In this document: positions 40,718 to 55,456 of the stretch, in pieces
Position numbering within the stretch: the stretch's first letter is position 1
How the letters are laid out: each line of letters opens with the position of its first letter
DNA from: Nymphaea colorata
Lineage: Eukaryota
NCBI RefSeq assembly: GCF_008831285.2
Contig: NC_045138.2
Coordinates: 35,030,001 to 35,094,000 of the forward strand
Reading direction: 5' to 3'
Length of the DNA: 64,000 nucleotides
Translations under genes and position numbers: made by a program
The notes under the pieces: model-generated
The model's database searches: none
Seen by the model: the letters and a program-made list of their open reading frames with translations, nothing else
Told to the model about the DNA's origin: nothing

Positions 40718-43700
40718 TTCATCTAGTTGGCCATGTGTTGGTCGTCTCAACCAGTCAGCCATTTATTTCAATTGCATCTAATTGACATTTTTAACTTTAT
40801 GGTGGGCATGTTGCTTCATCAAGGTCCTAAAACAGTTCCAAGGTTTCACAGGACTGCTTTTCCTTTTGTTGTACGGGGTTCATTATATCTTTTGCGATCA
40901 AAATGAAACCATCACATCTCATTTAAATCACATCCCTTGAGCGCACTTGTCTAGCATTGCATGTTTTTTATTGATTTTTTTACGTATAACCTCTAAAACT
41001 GACCATTATACCGATGCACATAGTTGGTCATGCATTGGTCGTGTCAACCAGTTAGTCATTTCTTTCAATTGCATCTAATTAACATTTTTAACTTCATCGA
41101 GGGCATGCCACTTCATCAAGATCAAAGATAAGTTTTGAGGTCTCACAGCACTGTTTTCCCTTTTGTTGAACAGGGTTCATCCTATCTTTTGCGCTCAAAA
41201 TCAAACCATCACATATCATTTAAATCACATCCCTTGATCGCACTTGTCTAGTATTGCATGCTTTTCATTGACTTTCCTCTTGTCGTATGCATAAACTCGT
41301 AAAGCTCACCATTATACCAATGCATCTAGTTGGCCATGTGTTGGTCGTGTCAACCGGTCAGCCATTTATTTCAATTGCATTTAATTTACATTTTTAACTT
41401 GATGGTGGGCATGTTGCTTCATCGGGGTCCTAGAGCACTTGTCCTTTTGTCTTACGCATATCCTCCAAAAGCTGACTATTATACCAATGCATATAGTTGG
41501 TCATGCATTGGTAGTGTCAACCAATCAGTCATTTATTTCAATTGCATCTAATTAACATTTTTAACTTATCATGGGCATGCTGCTTCATCAATATCCTAGA
41601 GCAGTTATGAGGTCTCACAGGACTGCATTCTCTTTTGTTGTACAGGGTTCATCCTATCTTTTGTGATCAAAATGAAACCATCACATATCATTTGAATTAC
41701 ATCCCTTGAGCGCACTTGTGTAGTATTGCATGCTTTTCATTGACTTTCCTTTTGTCATACGCATAACCTCATAAAGCTGACCATTGTACCAATGCATCTA
41801 GTTGGCCATGCGTTGGTCGTGTCAACCAGTCAACCATTTATTTCAATTGCATCTAATTGACATTTTTAACTTTATGGTGGGCATGTTGCTTCATCAAGGT
41901 CCTAAAGCAGTTCCAAGGTTTCACAGGACTGCTTTCCCTTTTGTTGTACGAGGTTCATCATATCTTTTGCGATCAAAATGAAACCATCACATATCATTTA
42001 AATCACATCCCTTGAGCGCACTTTAAGTTATATGTGTCGCCCTTTCTTGCCAATACGCAGAACCTCCTAAAACTGGCCATCATACCAAAGCATCTAGTTG
42101 GTCGTGCCTTGGTCGTGTCAACCAGTCAGCCATTTATTTCAATTGCATCTAATTGACATTTTTAACTTGATGATGGGCATGTTTTGCTTCATCAAGGTCC
42201 TAGAGCAATTCCCAGGTCCCACATGACTGTTTTCCCTCTTTGTTGCTCCATCAAAAAGAGACTCACATATCATTTCCATCACATCCTTTGATCGCACTTG
42301 TCAAGCACTGCACGTTTTTCATTTACCTTCCTTTTGTCTTACGCTTGTCCTCGTAAAGCTGACCATTATAGCCATCACATATCATTTAAATCACATCCCT
42401 TGAGTGCATTTGTCTAGTATTGCATGCATTTCATTGACTTTCCTTTTATCATACGCATAACCTCCTAAAGCTGACCATTGTACCAATGCATCTAGTTGGC
42501 CATGCATTAGTCGTCTCAACCAGTCAGCCATTTATTTCAATTGCATTTAATTTACATTTTTAACTTGATGGTGGCCATGTTGCTTCATCGGGGTCCTAGA
42601 GCACGTGTCCTTTTGTCTTACGTATATCCTCCAAAACATGACCACTATACCAATGCATCTACTTGGTCATGCATTGGTCATGTCAACCAGTCAGCCATTT
42701 ATTTCAATGGCATCTAATTAACATTGTTAACTTAATCGTGGGCATGGTGCTTCATCGATATCATAGAGCAGTTCCGAGGTCTCACAAGACTGCTTTCCCT
42801 TTTGTTGTACATGGTTCATCCTATCTTTTGCGATCAAAATGAAACCACTACATATCATTTGAATCACATCCCTTGAGCGCACTTGTCTAGTATTCCACGT
42901 TTTTCATTGCCTTTCCTTTTGTCATACGCATAATCTCCTAAAGCTGACCATTGTACCAATGCATCTAGTTGGCCATGCGTTGGTCATCTCAACCAGTCAG
43001 TCATTTATTTCAATTGACTCTAATTGACATTTTTAACTTTATGGTGGGCACGTTGCTACATGAAGGTCCTAAAACAGTTCCAAGGTTTCACAGGACTGCA
43101 TACCCTTTTGTTGTACGGGGTTCATTATATCTTTTGCGATCAAAATGAAACCATCACATCTCATTTAAATCACATCCCTTGAGCGCACTTGTCAAGCATT
43201 GCATGTTTTTCATTGATTTTCCTTGTCTTACATATAACCTCCAAAAACTGACCATTATACCGATGCACATATTTGGTCATGCATTGGTCGTGTCAACCAG
43301 TCAGCCATTTCTTTCAATTGCATCTAATTAACATTTTTAACTTCATCGAGGGCATGACGCTTCAACAAGATCAAAGAACAATTCCGAGGTCTCACAAGAC
43401 TGTTTTCCCTTTTGTTGTACATGGTTCATCCTATCTTTTGCGCTCAAAATGAAACCATCACATATCATTTAAATCACATCCCTTGAGCGCACTTGTCTAG
43501 TATTACATGCTTTTCATTGACTTTCCTTTTGACCTAAGCATAACCTCCTAAAGCAGACCATTATACCAATGCATTTAGTTGGTCATGCGTTGGTCGTGTC
43601 AACAAGTCAGCCATTTATTTCAATTCCATCTAATTGACATTTTTAATTTGATGGTGGGCATGTTGCTTAATCGGGGTCCTAGAGCACGTGTCCTTTTGTC

Positions 43701-46700
43701 CTATGCATAACCTCCTAAAGCGGACCATTATACCAATGCATCTAGTTGGCCATGCGTTGGTCGTGTCATCCACTCAGTCATTTATTTCAATTGCATCTAA
43801 TTGACATTTTTAACTTGATGGAGGGCATGTTGCTTCATCGGGGTCCTAGAGCACGTGTCCTTTTGTCTTACGCATATCCTTCAAAAGCTGACCATTATAC
43901 CAACGCATCTAGTTGGTCATGCGTTGGTCGTGTCAACCAGTCTGTCATTTATTTCAATTGCATCTAATTGACATTTTTAACTTGATGGTGCGCTTGTTGA
44001 TTCATCGGTGTCCTAGAGCAGTTCCCAGGTCTTGCAGGACTGCTTTCCCTCTCTTTGTTGTACGGGGTTCATATTATCTTTTGCCCTCAACATGAGACGA
44101 TCACATATCATTTACATCACATCCCATGAGCGCACTTGTCTAGTATTGCATGCTTTTCATTGACATTCCTTTTGTCCTACGCATAACCACCTAAAGCTGG
44201 CCATTATACCAATGCATCTAGTTGGTCGTGCGATGGTCGTGTCAACCAGTCAACCATTTATTTCAATTGCATCTAATTGGCATTTTTAACTTTATGGTGG
44301 GCATGTTGCTTCATCAAGGTCCTAGAGCAGTTCCCAGGTCTCACATCACTGCTTTCCCTCTTTGTTGTACGAGGTTCATATTATCCTTTGCTCTCAACAT
44401 GAGACGATCACATATCATTTACATCACATCCCATGAGCGCACTTGTCTAGTATTGCATGCTTTTCATTGACATTCCTTTTGTCCCACGCATAACCACCTA
44501 AAGCTGACCATTATACCAATGCATCTAGTTGGTCGTGCGTTGGTCGTGTCAACCAGTAAGCCATTTATTTCAATTGCATCTAATTGACATTTTTAACTTT
44601 ATGGTGGGTACGTTGCTTCATCAAGGTCCTAGAGCAGTTCCCAGGTCTCACATTACTGCTTTCCCTCTTTGTTGTACGGGGTTAATATTATCTTTTGCCC
44701 TCAACATGAGACGATCACATATCATTTACATCACATCCCATGAGCGCACTTGTCTAGTATTGCATGCTTTTCATTGACTTTCCTTTTGTTCTATGCATAA
44801 CTACCAAAAGCTGACCATTATACCAATGCATCTAGTTGGTCGTGTCAATAAGTCATTGCCTTTGATTGACATTTTTAACTTGAGACTATCACATATCATT
44901 TACATCACATCCCTTCATCGCACTTGTCAAGTATTGAATGTTTTTCATTGCCCTTCCTTTTTTCTTACGCATAACCTCCTAAAACTGACCAATATACCGA
45001 TGCACATAGTTGGTCATGCATTGGTCGTGTCAACCAGTCAGCCATTTGTTTCTATTGCATCTAATTAACATTTTTAACTTCATCGAGAACTTGCCGCTTC
45101 ATCAAGTTCATAGAGCAGTTCTGAGGTCTCACAAGAATGCTTTCTCTTTTGTTGAACAGAGTTCATCGTATCCTTTGCGCTCAAAATCAAACCATCACAT
45201 ATCATTTAAATCACATCCCTTGAGCACACTTGTCTAGTATTGCATGTTTTTCACTGACTTTCCTCTTGTCTTACCCATAACCTCGTAAAGCTGACCATTA
45301 TACCAATGCATCTAGTTGGCCATGCGTTGGTCGTGTCAACCAGTCAGCCATTTATTTCAATTGCATCTAATTGACATTTTTTAATTCATCGAGGGCATGC
45401 CGCTTCATCAAGATCATAGAGCAGTTCCGAGGTACCACAGGATTGCTTTCGCTTTTGTTGAAGAGGGTTCATCCTACCTTTTCTGCTCAAAATGAAACAA
45501 TCACATATCATTTAAATCACATCCCTTGAGCGCACTTGTCTAGTATTACATGTTTTTCATTGACTTTCTTTTTGTCCTATGCATAACCTCCTAAAGCTGA
45601 CCATTATACCAATGCATCTAGTTGGCCATGCGTTGGTCGTGTCAACCAGTCAGCCATTTATTTCAATTGCATTAAATTTACATTTTTAACTTGATGGTGG
45701 CCATGTTGCTTCATCGGGGTCCTATAGCACGTGTCCTTTTGTCTTACGCATATCCTCCAAAAGCTGACCACTATACCAATGCATCTAGTTGGTCATGCAT
45801 TGGTCATGTCAACCAGTCAGCCATTTATTTCAATTGCATCTAATTAACATTTTTAACTTGATCGTGGGCATGCTGCTTCATCAATATCATAGAGCAGTTC
45901 CGAGGTCTCGCAAGACTGTTTTCCCTTTTGTTGTGCATGGTTCATCCTATCTTTTGCGATCAAAATGAAACCATCACATATGATTTAAATCACATCCCTC
46001 GAGCGCACTTATCTAGTATTGCACGTTTTTCATTGACTTTACTTCTGTCATACGCATAAACTCCTAAAGCTGACCATTGTACAAATGCATCTAGTTGGCC
46101 ATGCGTTGGTCGTCTCAACCAGTCAGCCATTTATTTCAATTGCATTTAATTGACATTTTTAACTTTATGGTGGACATTTTACTTCATCAAGGTCCTAGAG
46201 CAGTTCCCAGGTCGCACAGGACTCTGCTTTCCCTCTTTGTTGTACGGGGTTCATCTTATCTTTTGCCCACAACATGAGACGATCACATATCATTTACATC
46301 ACATCCCTTGAGCGCACTTGTCTAGTATTGCATGCTTTTCATTGACATTCCTTTTGTCCTACGCATAACCACCTAAAGCTGACCATTATACCAAAGCATC
46401 TAGTTGGTCGTGCATTGGTCGTGTCAACCAGTCAGCCATTTATTTCAATTGCATCTAATTGACATTTTTAACTTGAGACTATCACATATCATTTACATCA
46501 CATCCCTTCATCGCACTTGTCTAGTATTGCATGTTTTTCGTTGCCTTTCCCTTTGTCTTACGCATAACTTCCTAAAACTGACCATTATACCGATGCACAT
46601 AGTTGGTCATGCATTGGTGGTGTCAACCAGTCAGTCATTTCCTTCAATTGCATCTAATTAACATTTTTAACTTCATCGAGAGATTGACGCTTCATCAAGA

Positions 46701-46817
46701 TCATAGAACAGTTCCGAAGTCTCACAGGACTACTTTCCCTTTTGTTGAACAGGGTTCATCGTATCCTTTGCGCTCAAAATCAAACCATCACATATCATTT
46801 AAATCACATCCCTTGAG

Positions 46818-47676
46818 CAAGCCTGGGCATCGGGCCGGGCCGGCCCCGATATGAATTTATTTTGAATCGAGCCAGCCCGCTACCCGGCTCGATTAATAAC
46901 GGGTCGGGCCGGGCCGGGTACCGGGCCTACACAACCTCGCCCGCTACCCGGCCCGACCCGTTTTTTGAGTGTCGAAGAAAGAGAGGGCGTTGGCGCTCGA
47001 AGGGTCGATGTCGGTGGAGGAGAGGGCGTTGGCGCTGGCAGGGTCGATGCCGGTGGAGGAGAGGTCGACGCAGGTCCAGCCGCCTGGAGGAGGGTCCTCA
47101 CCTTGTACCAGCACCAAGCCCATGCCCCACCCCGTGCATCAACACGAAGTGATGCTTTCGCCGCCGGCCGACGTCCCCCTCCTCCTGATGCTTCTGATCA
47201 TCACCCACATCCACCATTTGTGTTAAACACCACCTTTTCCAAATTTCCTACAGTTCTCTGTTCCTTCACAAACAGACAATGAGACGTGCCTCTAGCGAAA
47301 AACAGAGAGGATGACGATGGTGTCCGTCCTTCCCACTTCCCACCTCTATATCACGGGGCCTTTCTTTCTCTTTGATGTCTCACTCTTCCTCTAGTTGCAG
47401 ATGCCTTGTATCTTGGAAATCCAGCATTTTCTCTCACGCAGGTGAATCGCAGAGGCTGCGCAGCGCATCTCTCTCTCTTTCAAACGAAAAGAAGAAAACC
47501 AGGTTCTACGGTTTCGACCTAACGGGCCTTGGATTAGAACCCGAACCCGGCCCGTTTTGATGTCGGGTCGGGCCGGGCGCAACGGGCTTTTGCCCGACCA
47601 TGACAATACACGGCCCGGACCCAGGCCTGTTCCGGGCCGGGTACCCACCGGCGACCCGGCCCGGTGCCCAGGCCTA
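46818..47676. mobile_element. Non-autonomous hAT-type element, 859 bp, carrying a captured gene fragment (Pack-hAT)
   Basis: 8-bp TSD CCCTTGAG at 46810-46817 and 47677-47684. The TIRs are CAAGCCTGGGCATCGGGCCGGG and, as reverse complement of the right end, TAGGCCTGGGCACCGGGCCGGG. It has GC-rich subterminal cgggcc/ggcccg repeats. The paralogous block has an empty site at 37407-37414. Confidence 0.93.
46968..47217 (-). pseudogene. Captured methylesterase (MES/SABP2-family alpha/beta hydrolase) exon-1 fragment
   Basis: With frameshifts the minus strand reads MVDVGDDQKHQEEGTSAGGE/KHHFVLMHGVGHG/WCWYKVRTLLQAAG/CVDLSSTGIDPASANALSS. This matches MES HFVLVHG.GHGAWCWYK...LLE.AG..V.C.DL...GIDP.DAN. A 39-bp internal tandem duplication lies at about 46981-47063. 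Confidence 0.85.
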
Positions 47677-50600
47677 CCCTTGAGTGCACTTGTCTAGTAT
47701 TGCATGCTTTTCATTGACTTTCCTCTTGTCTTACCCATAACCTCCTAAAGCTGACCATTATACCAACGCATCTAGTTGACCATGCGTTGGTCGTGTCAAG
47801 CAGTCAGCCATGTATTTCAATTTCATCTAATTGACATTTTTAACTTCATCAAGCGCATGCCGCTTCATCAAGATCATAGAGCAGCTCCGAGGTCTCACAG
47901 GACTGCTTTCCCATTTGTTGAACAGGGTTCATTCTATCTTTCGCGCTAAAAATGAAACCTTCACATATCATTTAAATCACATCCCTTGAGTGCACTTGTC
48001 TAGTATTGCATACTTTTCATTGACTTTCCTTTTGTCATATGCACAACACCCTAAAGCTGACCATTATACCAATGTATCTAGTTGGCCATGCGTTGGTCGT
48101 GTCAACTAGTCAGCCATTTATTTCAATTGCAACTAATTGACATTTTTAACTAGATGGTGGGCATGTTGCTTCATCGGGGTCCTAGAGCACGTGTCCTTTT
48201 GTCTTACGCATATTTGGAAAAGCTGACCATTATACCAATGCATCTAGTTGGTCATGCATTGGTCGTGTCAACCAGTCAGCCATTTATTTTAATTGCATTT
48301 AATTGACATTTTTAACTTTATGGTGGGCATGTTGCTTCATCAAGGTCCTAAAGAAGTTCCCATGTCTCACAGGACTGCATGCCTTCTTTGTTGTACGAGG
48401 TTCATATTATCTTTTGCCCTAAACATGAGACGATCACAAATCATTTACGTCACATCCCATGAGCGCACTTGTGTAGTATTGCATGCTTTTCATTGACTTT
48501 TCTCATATCTTACCCATAACCTCCTAAAGATGACCATTATACCAATGCATCTAGTTGGCCATGTGTTGGTCGTGTCAACCAGTCAGCCATTTATTTCAAT
48601 TGCATCTAATTGACATTTTTAACTTCATCGAGATCATAGAGCAGTTCCGAGGTCTCACAGGATTGTTTTCCCTTTTGTTGAACAGGGTTCATCCGATCTT
48701 TTGCGCTCAAAATGAAACCATCACATATCATTTAACTCACATCGCTTGAGCGCGGTTGTCTAGTATTGCATGCTTTTCATTGACTTTCCTTTTGTCCTAT
48801 GCATAACATCCTAAAGCTGACCATTATACCAATGCATCTAGTTGGCCATGTGTGGGTCGTGTCAACCAGTCAGCCATTTATTTCAATTGCATCTAATTGA
48901 CATTTTGAACTTGATCTTGTTGCTTCATCGGGGTCCTAGAGCACGTGTCCTTTTGTCTTACGCAGATCCTCCAAAAGCATACCTTTATACCAATACATCT
49001 AGTTGGTCATGCACTGGTCGTGTCAACCGGTCAGCAATTTATTTCAATTGCATCTAATTAACATTTTTAACTTGATCGTGGGCATGCTGCTTCATCAATA
49101 TCATAGAGCAGTTCCGAGGTCTAGCAAGACTGTTTTCCCTTTTGTTGTGCAAGGTTCATCCTATCTTTTGTGATCAAAATGAAACCATCACATATGATTT
49201 AAATCACATCCCTCGAGCGCACTTGTATAGTATTGCACGTTTTTCATTGACTTTACTTTTGTCATACGCACAAACTCCTAAAGCTGACCATTGTACCAAT
49301 GCATGTAGTTGGCCATGCGTTGGTCGTCTCAACCAGTCAGCCATTTATTTCAATTGCACTTAATTGACATTTTTAACTTTATGGTGGGCATGTTGCTTCA
49401 TCAAGGTCCTAGAGCAGTTTTCAGGTCTTACAGGACTGCTTTCCCTCTCTGTTGTACGAGGTTCATCTTATCTTCTGCCCACAACATGAGACGATCACAT
49501 ATCATTTACATCACATCCCTTCAGCGCACTTGTCTAGTATTGCATTCTTTTCATTGACATTCCTTTTGTCCTACGCATAACCACCTAAAGCTGACCATTA
49601 TACCAATGCATCTAGTTGGTCGTGCGTTGGCCGTGTCAACCAGTCAGCCATTTATTTTATTTGCATCTAATTGACATTTTTAACTTGAAACTATCACATA
49701 TCATTTACATCACATCCCTTCATCGCACTTGTCTAGTATTGCATGTTTTTCATTGCCTTTCCCTTTGTCTTACGCATAACCTCGTAAAACTGACCATTAT
49801 ACCGATGCACATAGTTGGTCATGCATTGGTCGTGTCAACCAGTCAACCATTTCCTTCAATTGCATCTAATTAACATTTTTCACTTCATCGAGAGCTTGCC
49901 GCTTCATCAAGATCATAGAGCAGTTCCGAGGTCTCACAGGACTGCTTTCCCTTTTGTTGAACAGGGTTCATCGTATCCTTTGCGCTCAAAATCAAACCAT
50001 CACATGTCATTTAAATCACATCCCTTGAGCGCACTTGTCTAGTATTGCATGTTTTTCATTGACTTTCCTCTTTTCTTACCCATAACCTCCTAAAGCTGAC
50101 CATTATACCAACGCATCTAGTTGGCCATGCGTTGGTCGTGTCAACCAGTCAGCCATTTATTTCAATTTCATCAAATTGACATTTTTAACTTCATCGAGGG
50201 CATGCCGATTCATCAAGATCATAGAGCAGCTCCGAGGTCTCACAGGACTGCTTTCCCTTTTGTTGAACAGGGTTCATTCTATCTTTTGCGCTCAAAATGA
50301 AACCATCACATATCATTTAAATAACATCCATGGAGCGCACTTGTCTAGTGATGCATGTTTTTCATTGACTTTCCTTTTCTCCTATGCATAACCACGTAAA
50401 GCTGACCATTATACCAATGCATCTAGTTGGCCATGCGTTGGTCGTGTCAACTAGTCAACCATTTATTTCAATTGCATCTAATTGACATTTTTAACTTGAT
50501 GGTGGGCATGTTGCTTCATCGGGGTCCAAGAGCACGTGTCCTTTTGTGTTACGCATATCCTCCAAAAGCTGACCATTATACCAATGCATCTAGTTGGTCA

Positions 50601-53600
50601 TGCATTGGTCGTGTCAACCAGTCAGTCATTTATTTCAATTGCATTTAATTGACATTTTCAACTTTATGGTGGGCATGTTGCTTCATCAAGGTCCTAGAGC
50701 AGTTCCCAGGTTTCATAGGACTGTTTTCCCTCTTTGTGGTACGGGATTCATATTATCTTTTGCCCTCAACATGAGACGATGACAAATCATTTACGTCACA
50801 TCCCATGAGCGCACTTGTGTAGTATTGCATGCTTTTCATTGACATTCCTTTTGTCCTACGCATAACCAGCTAAAGCTGACCATTATACCAATGCATCTAG
50901 TTGGTCGTCTCAACCAGTCAACCATTTATTTAAATTGCATCTAATTGACATTTAACTTTATGGTGGGCATGTTGCTTCATCAAAGTCCTAGAGCAGTTCC
51001 CAAGTCTCACAGGACTGCTTTTCCTCTTTGTTGTACGGGGTTCATCTTATCTATTTCCCTCAACATGAGACGATCACATATTATTTACATCACATCCCTT
51101 GAGCGCACTTGTCTAGTACTGCATGCTTTTCATTGACTTTCCTTTTGTCCTACGCATAACCACCTAAAGCTAACCATTATACCAATGCATCTAGTTGGTC
51201 GTGTGTTGGTCGTGTCAACCAGTCAGCCAATTTATTTCAATTGCATATAATTGACATTTTTAACTTGAGACTATCACATATCATTTACATCATATCCCTT
51301 CATCGCACTTGTCTAGTATTGCATGTTTTTCATTGTCTTTCCTTTTCTCTTACGCATAACCTCTTAACACTGACTATTATACCGTTGAGCGCACTTGTCA
51401 TGCATTGGTCGTGTCAACCAGTCAGCCATTTCTTTCAATTGCGTCTAATTAACATTTTTAACTTCATCGAGAGCTTGCCGCTTCATCAAGATCATAGAGC
51501 AGTTCCGAGGTCTCACAGGACCGCTTTCCCTTTTGTTGAACAGGCTTCATCGTATCCTTTGCGCTCAACAGCAAACCACCACATATCATTTAAATCACAT
51601 CCCTTGAGCGCACTTATCTAGTATTGCATGCTTTTAATTGACTTTTCTCTTCTCTTACCCATAACCTCCTAAAGCTGACCATTATACCAATGCATCTAGT
51701 TGGTCTTGCGTTGGTCATGTCAACCAGTCAGCCATTTATTTCAATTGCATCTAATTGACATTTTTAACTTCATCGAGGGCATGTCGCTACATCAAGATCA
51801 TAGAGCAGTTCCGAGGTCTTACAAGACTGCTTTCCCTTTTGTTGAACATGGTTCACCCTATCTTTTGTGCTCAAAATGAAACCATCACATATCATTTAAA
51901 TTACATCCTTGAGCGCACTTGTCTAGTATTGCATGCTTTTTATTGAATTTCCTTTTGTCCTATGCATAACCTCCTAAAGCTGACCATTATACCAACGCAT
52001 CTAGTTGGCCATGCGTTGGTCGTGTCAACCAGTCAACCATTTATTTCAATTTCATCAAATTGACATTTTTAACTTCTTCGAGGGCATGCCGATTCATCAA
52101 GATCATAGAGCAGCTCCGAGGTCTCACAGGACTGCTTTCCCTTTTGTTGAACAGGGTTCATTCTATCTTTTGTGCTCAAAATGAAACCATCACATATCAT
52201 TTAAATAACATCCATGGAGCGCACTTGTCTAGTGTTGCATGTTTTTCATTGACTTTCCTTTTCTCCTATGCATAACCACATAAAGCTGACCATTATACCA
52301 ATGCATCTAGTTGGCCATGCGTTGGTCGTGTCAACTAGTCAACCATTTATTTCAATTGCATCTAATTGACATTTTTAACTTGATGGTGAGCATGTTGCTT
52401 CATCGGGGTCCTAGAGCACGTGTCCTTTTGTGTTACGCATATCCTCCAAAAGCTGACCATTATACCAATGCATCTAGTTGGTCATGCATTGGTCGTGTCA
52501 ACCAGTCAGTCATTTATTTCAATGGCATTTAATTGACATTTTTAACTTTATGGTGGGCATGTTGCTTCATCAAGCTCCTAGAGCAGTTCCCAGGTCTCAT
52601 AGGACTGTTTTCCGTCTTTGTGGTACGGGATTCATATTATCTTTTGCCCTCAACATGAGACGATGACAAATCATTTACGTCACATCCCATGGGCGCACTT
52701 GTGTAGTATTGCATGCTTTTCATTGACATTCCTTTTGTCCTACGCATAACCAGCTAAAGCTGACCATTATACCAATGCATCTAGTTGGTCGTTTCAACCA
52801 GTCAGCCATTTATTTCAATTGCATCTAATTGACATTTAACTTTATGGTGGGCATGTTGCTTCATCAAAGTCCTAGAGCAGTTCCCAAGTCTCACAGGACT
52901 GCTTTTCCTCTTTGTTGTACGGGGTTCATCTTATCTATTTCCCTCAACATGAGACGATCACATATTATTTACATCACATCCCTTGAGCGCACTTCTCTAG
53001 TATTGCATGTTTTTCATTGACTTTCCTTTTGTCCTACGCATAACCACCTAAAGCTAACCATTATACCAATGCATCTAGTTGGTCGTGTGTTGGTCGTGTC
53101 AACCAATCAGCCAATTTATTTCAATTGCATATAATTGACATTTTTAACTTGAGACTATCACATATCATTTACATCATATCCCTTCATCGCACTTGTCTAG
53201 TATTGCATGTTTTTCATTGTCTTTCCTTTTCTCTTACGCATAACCTCTTAACACTGACTATTATACCGTTGAGCGCACTTGTCATGCATTGGTCGTGTCA
53301 ACCAGTCAGCCATTTCTTTCAATTGCGTCTAATTAACATTTTCAACTTCATCGAGAGCTTGCCGCTTCATCAAGATCATAGAGCAGTTCCGAGGTCTCAC
53401 AGGACCGCTTTCCCTTTTGTTGAACAAGCTTCATCGTATCCTTTGCGCTCAACAGCAAACCACCACATATCATTTAAATCACATCCCTTGAGCGCACTTG
53501 TCTAGTATTGCATGCTTTTAATTGACTTTTCTCTTCTCTTACCCATAACCTCCTAAAGCTGACCATTATACCAATGCATCTAGTTGGTCTTGCGTTGGTC

Positions 53601-55456
53601 GTGTCAACCAGTCAGTCATTTATTTCAATTGCATCTAATTGACATTTTTAACTTCATCGAGGGCATGTCGCTACATCAAGATCATAGAGCAGTTCCGAGG
53701 TCTTACAAGACTGCTTTCCCTTTTGTTGAACATGGTTCACCCTATCTTTTGTGCTCAAAATGAAACCATCACATATCATTTAAATCACATCCTTGAGCGC
53801 ACTTGTCTAGTATTGCATGCTTTTTATTGAATTTCCTTTTGTCCTATGCATAACCTCCTAAAGCTGACCATTATACCAATGCATCTAGTTGGCCATGCGT
53901 TGGTCGTGTCAACCAGTCAACCATTTATTTCAACTGCATCTAATTGACATTTTTAACTTGATAGTGGGCATGTTGCTTCGTCGAGATCCTAGAGGAGGTG
54001 TCCTTTTGTCTTACGAATATCCTCCAAAAGTTGACCATTATACCAATGCATCTAGTTGGTAATGTATTGGTCGTGTCAACTAGTCAGCCATTTATTTCAA
54101 TTGTATCAAATTAACATTTTTAACTTGATTGTGGGCATGCTGCTTCATCAATATCATAGAGTAGTTCCGAGGTCTCACAAGACTGTTTTCCCTTTTGTTG
54201 TACATGGTTCATCCTATCTTTTGCGATCAAAATGAAACCATCACCTATCTCTTGAGCGCACTTGCCTAGTATTGAACGTTTTTCATTGCCTTTGGTTTTG
54301 CCATACGCATAAACTCCTAAAGCAGAACATTGTACCAATGCATCTAGTTGGTCATGCGTTGGTCGTCTCAACCAGTCAGTCATTTATTTCAATTGCATCT
54401 AATTGACATTTTTAACTTTATGGTGGGCATGTTGCTACATCAAGGTCCTAAAACAATTCCAAGGTTTCACAGGACTGCTTTCCCTTTTGTTGTACGGGGT
54501 TCATTATATCCTTTGCGCTCAAAATCAAACCATCACATCTCATTTAAATCACATCACTTGAGCGCACTTGTCTAGCATTGCATGTTTTTCATTAATTTTC
54601 CTTCTCTTACGTATAACCTTTAAAACTGACCATTATACCGATGCACATAGTTGGTCATGGATTGGTCGTGTCAACCAGTCAGCCATTTCTTTCAATTGCA
54701 TCTAATTAACATTTTTAAATTCATCGAGTGCATGCCGCTTCATCAAGATCAAAGAGCAGTTCCGAGGTCTCACAGGATTGCTTTCCCTTTTGTTTAACAG
54801 GGTTCATCCTATCTTTTGCGCTCAAAATGAAACCATCACATATCCTTTATATCGCATCCCTTGATCGCACTTGTCTAGTATTGCATGCTTTTCATTGACT
54901 TTCCTTTTGTCGTATGCATAAACTCGTAAAGTTCACCATTATACCAATGCATCTAGTTGGCCATGCGTTGGTCGTGTTAAACTCGTAAAGTTCACCATTA
55001 TACCAATGCATCTAGTTGGCCATGCGTTGGTCGTGTCAACCAGTCAGCCATTTATTTCAATTGCATCTAATTGACATTTTTAACTTGATGGTGGGCATGT
55101 AGCTTCATCGGGGTCTTAGAGCACTTGCCCTTTTGTCTTAGGCATATCCTCCAAAAGCTGACCATTATACCAATGCATGTAGTTGGTCATGCATTGGTCG
55201 TGTCAACCAGTCAGCCATTTATTTCAATTGCATCTAATTAAATTTTTAACTTGATTGTGAGCATGCTGCTTCATCAATATCATAAAGCAGTTCCGAGGTC
55301 TCACAAGACTGTTTTCCCTTTTGTTGTACATGATTCATCGTATCTTTTGCGGTCAAAATGAAACCATCACATATCATTTGAATCACATCCCATGAGCGCA
55401 CTTGTCTAGTATTGCACGTTTTTCATTGACTTTCCTTTTGTCATACGCATAAACTC

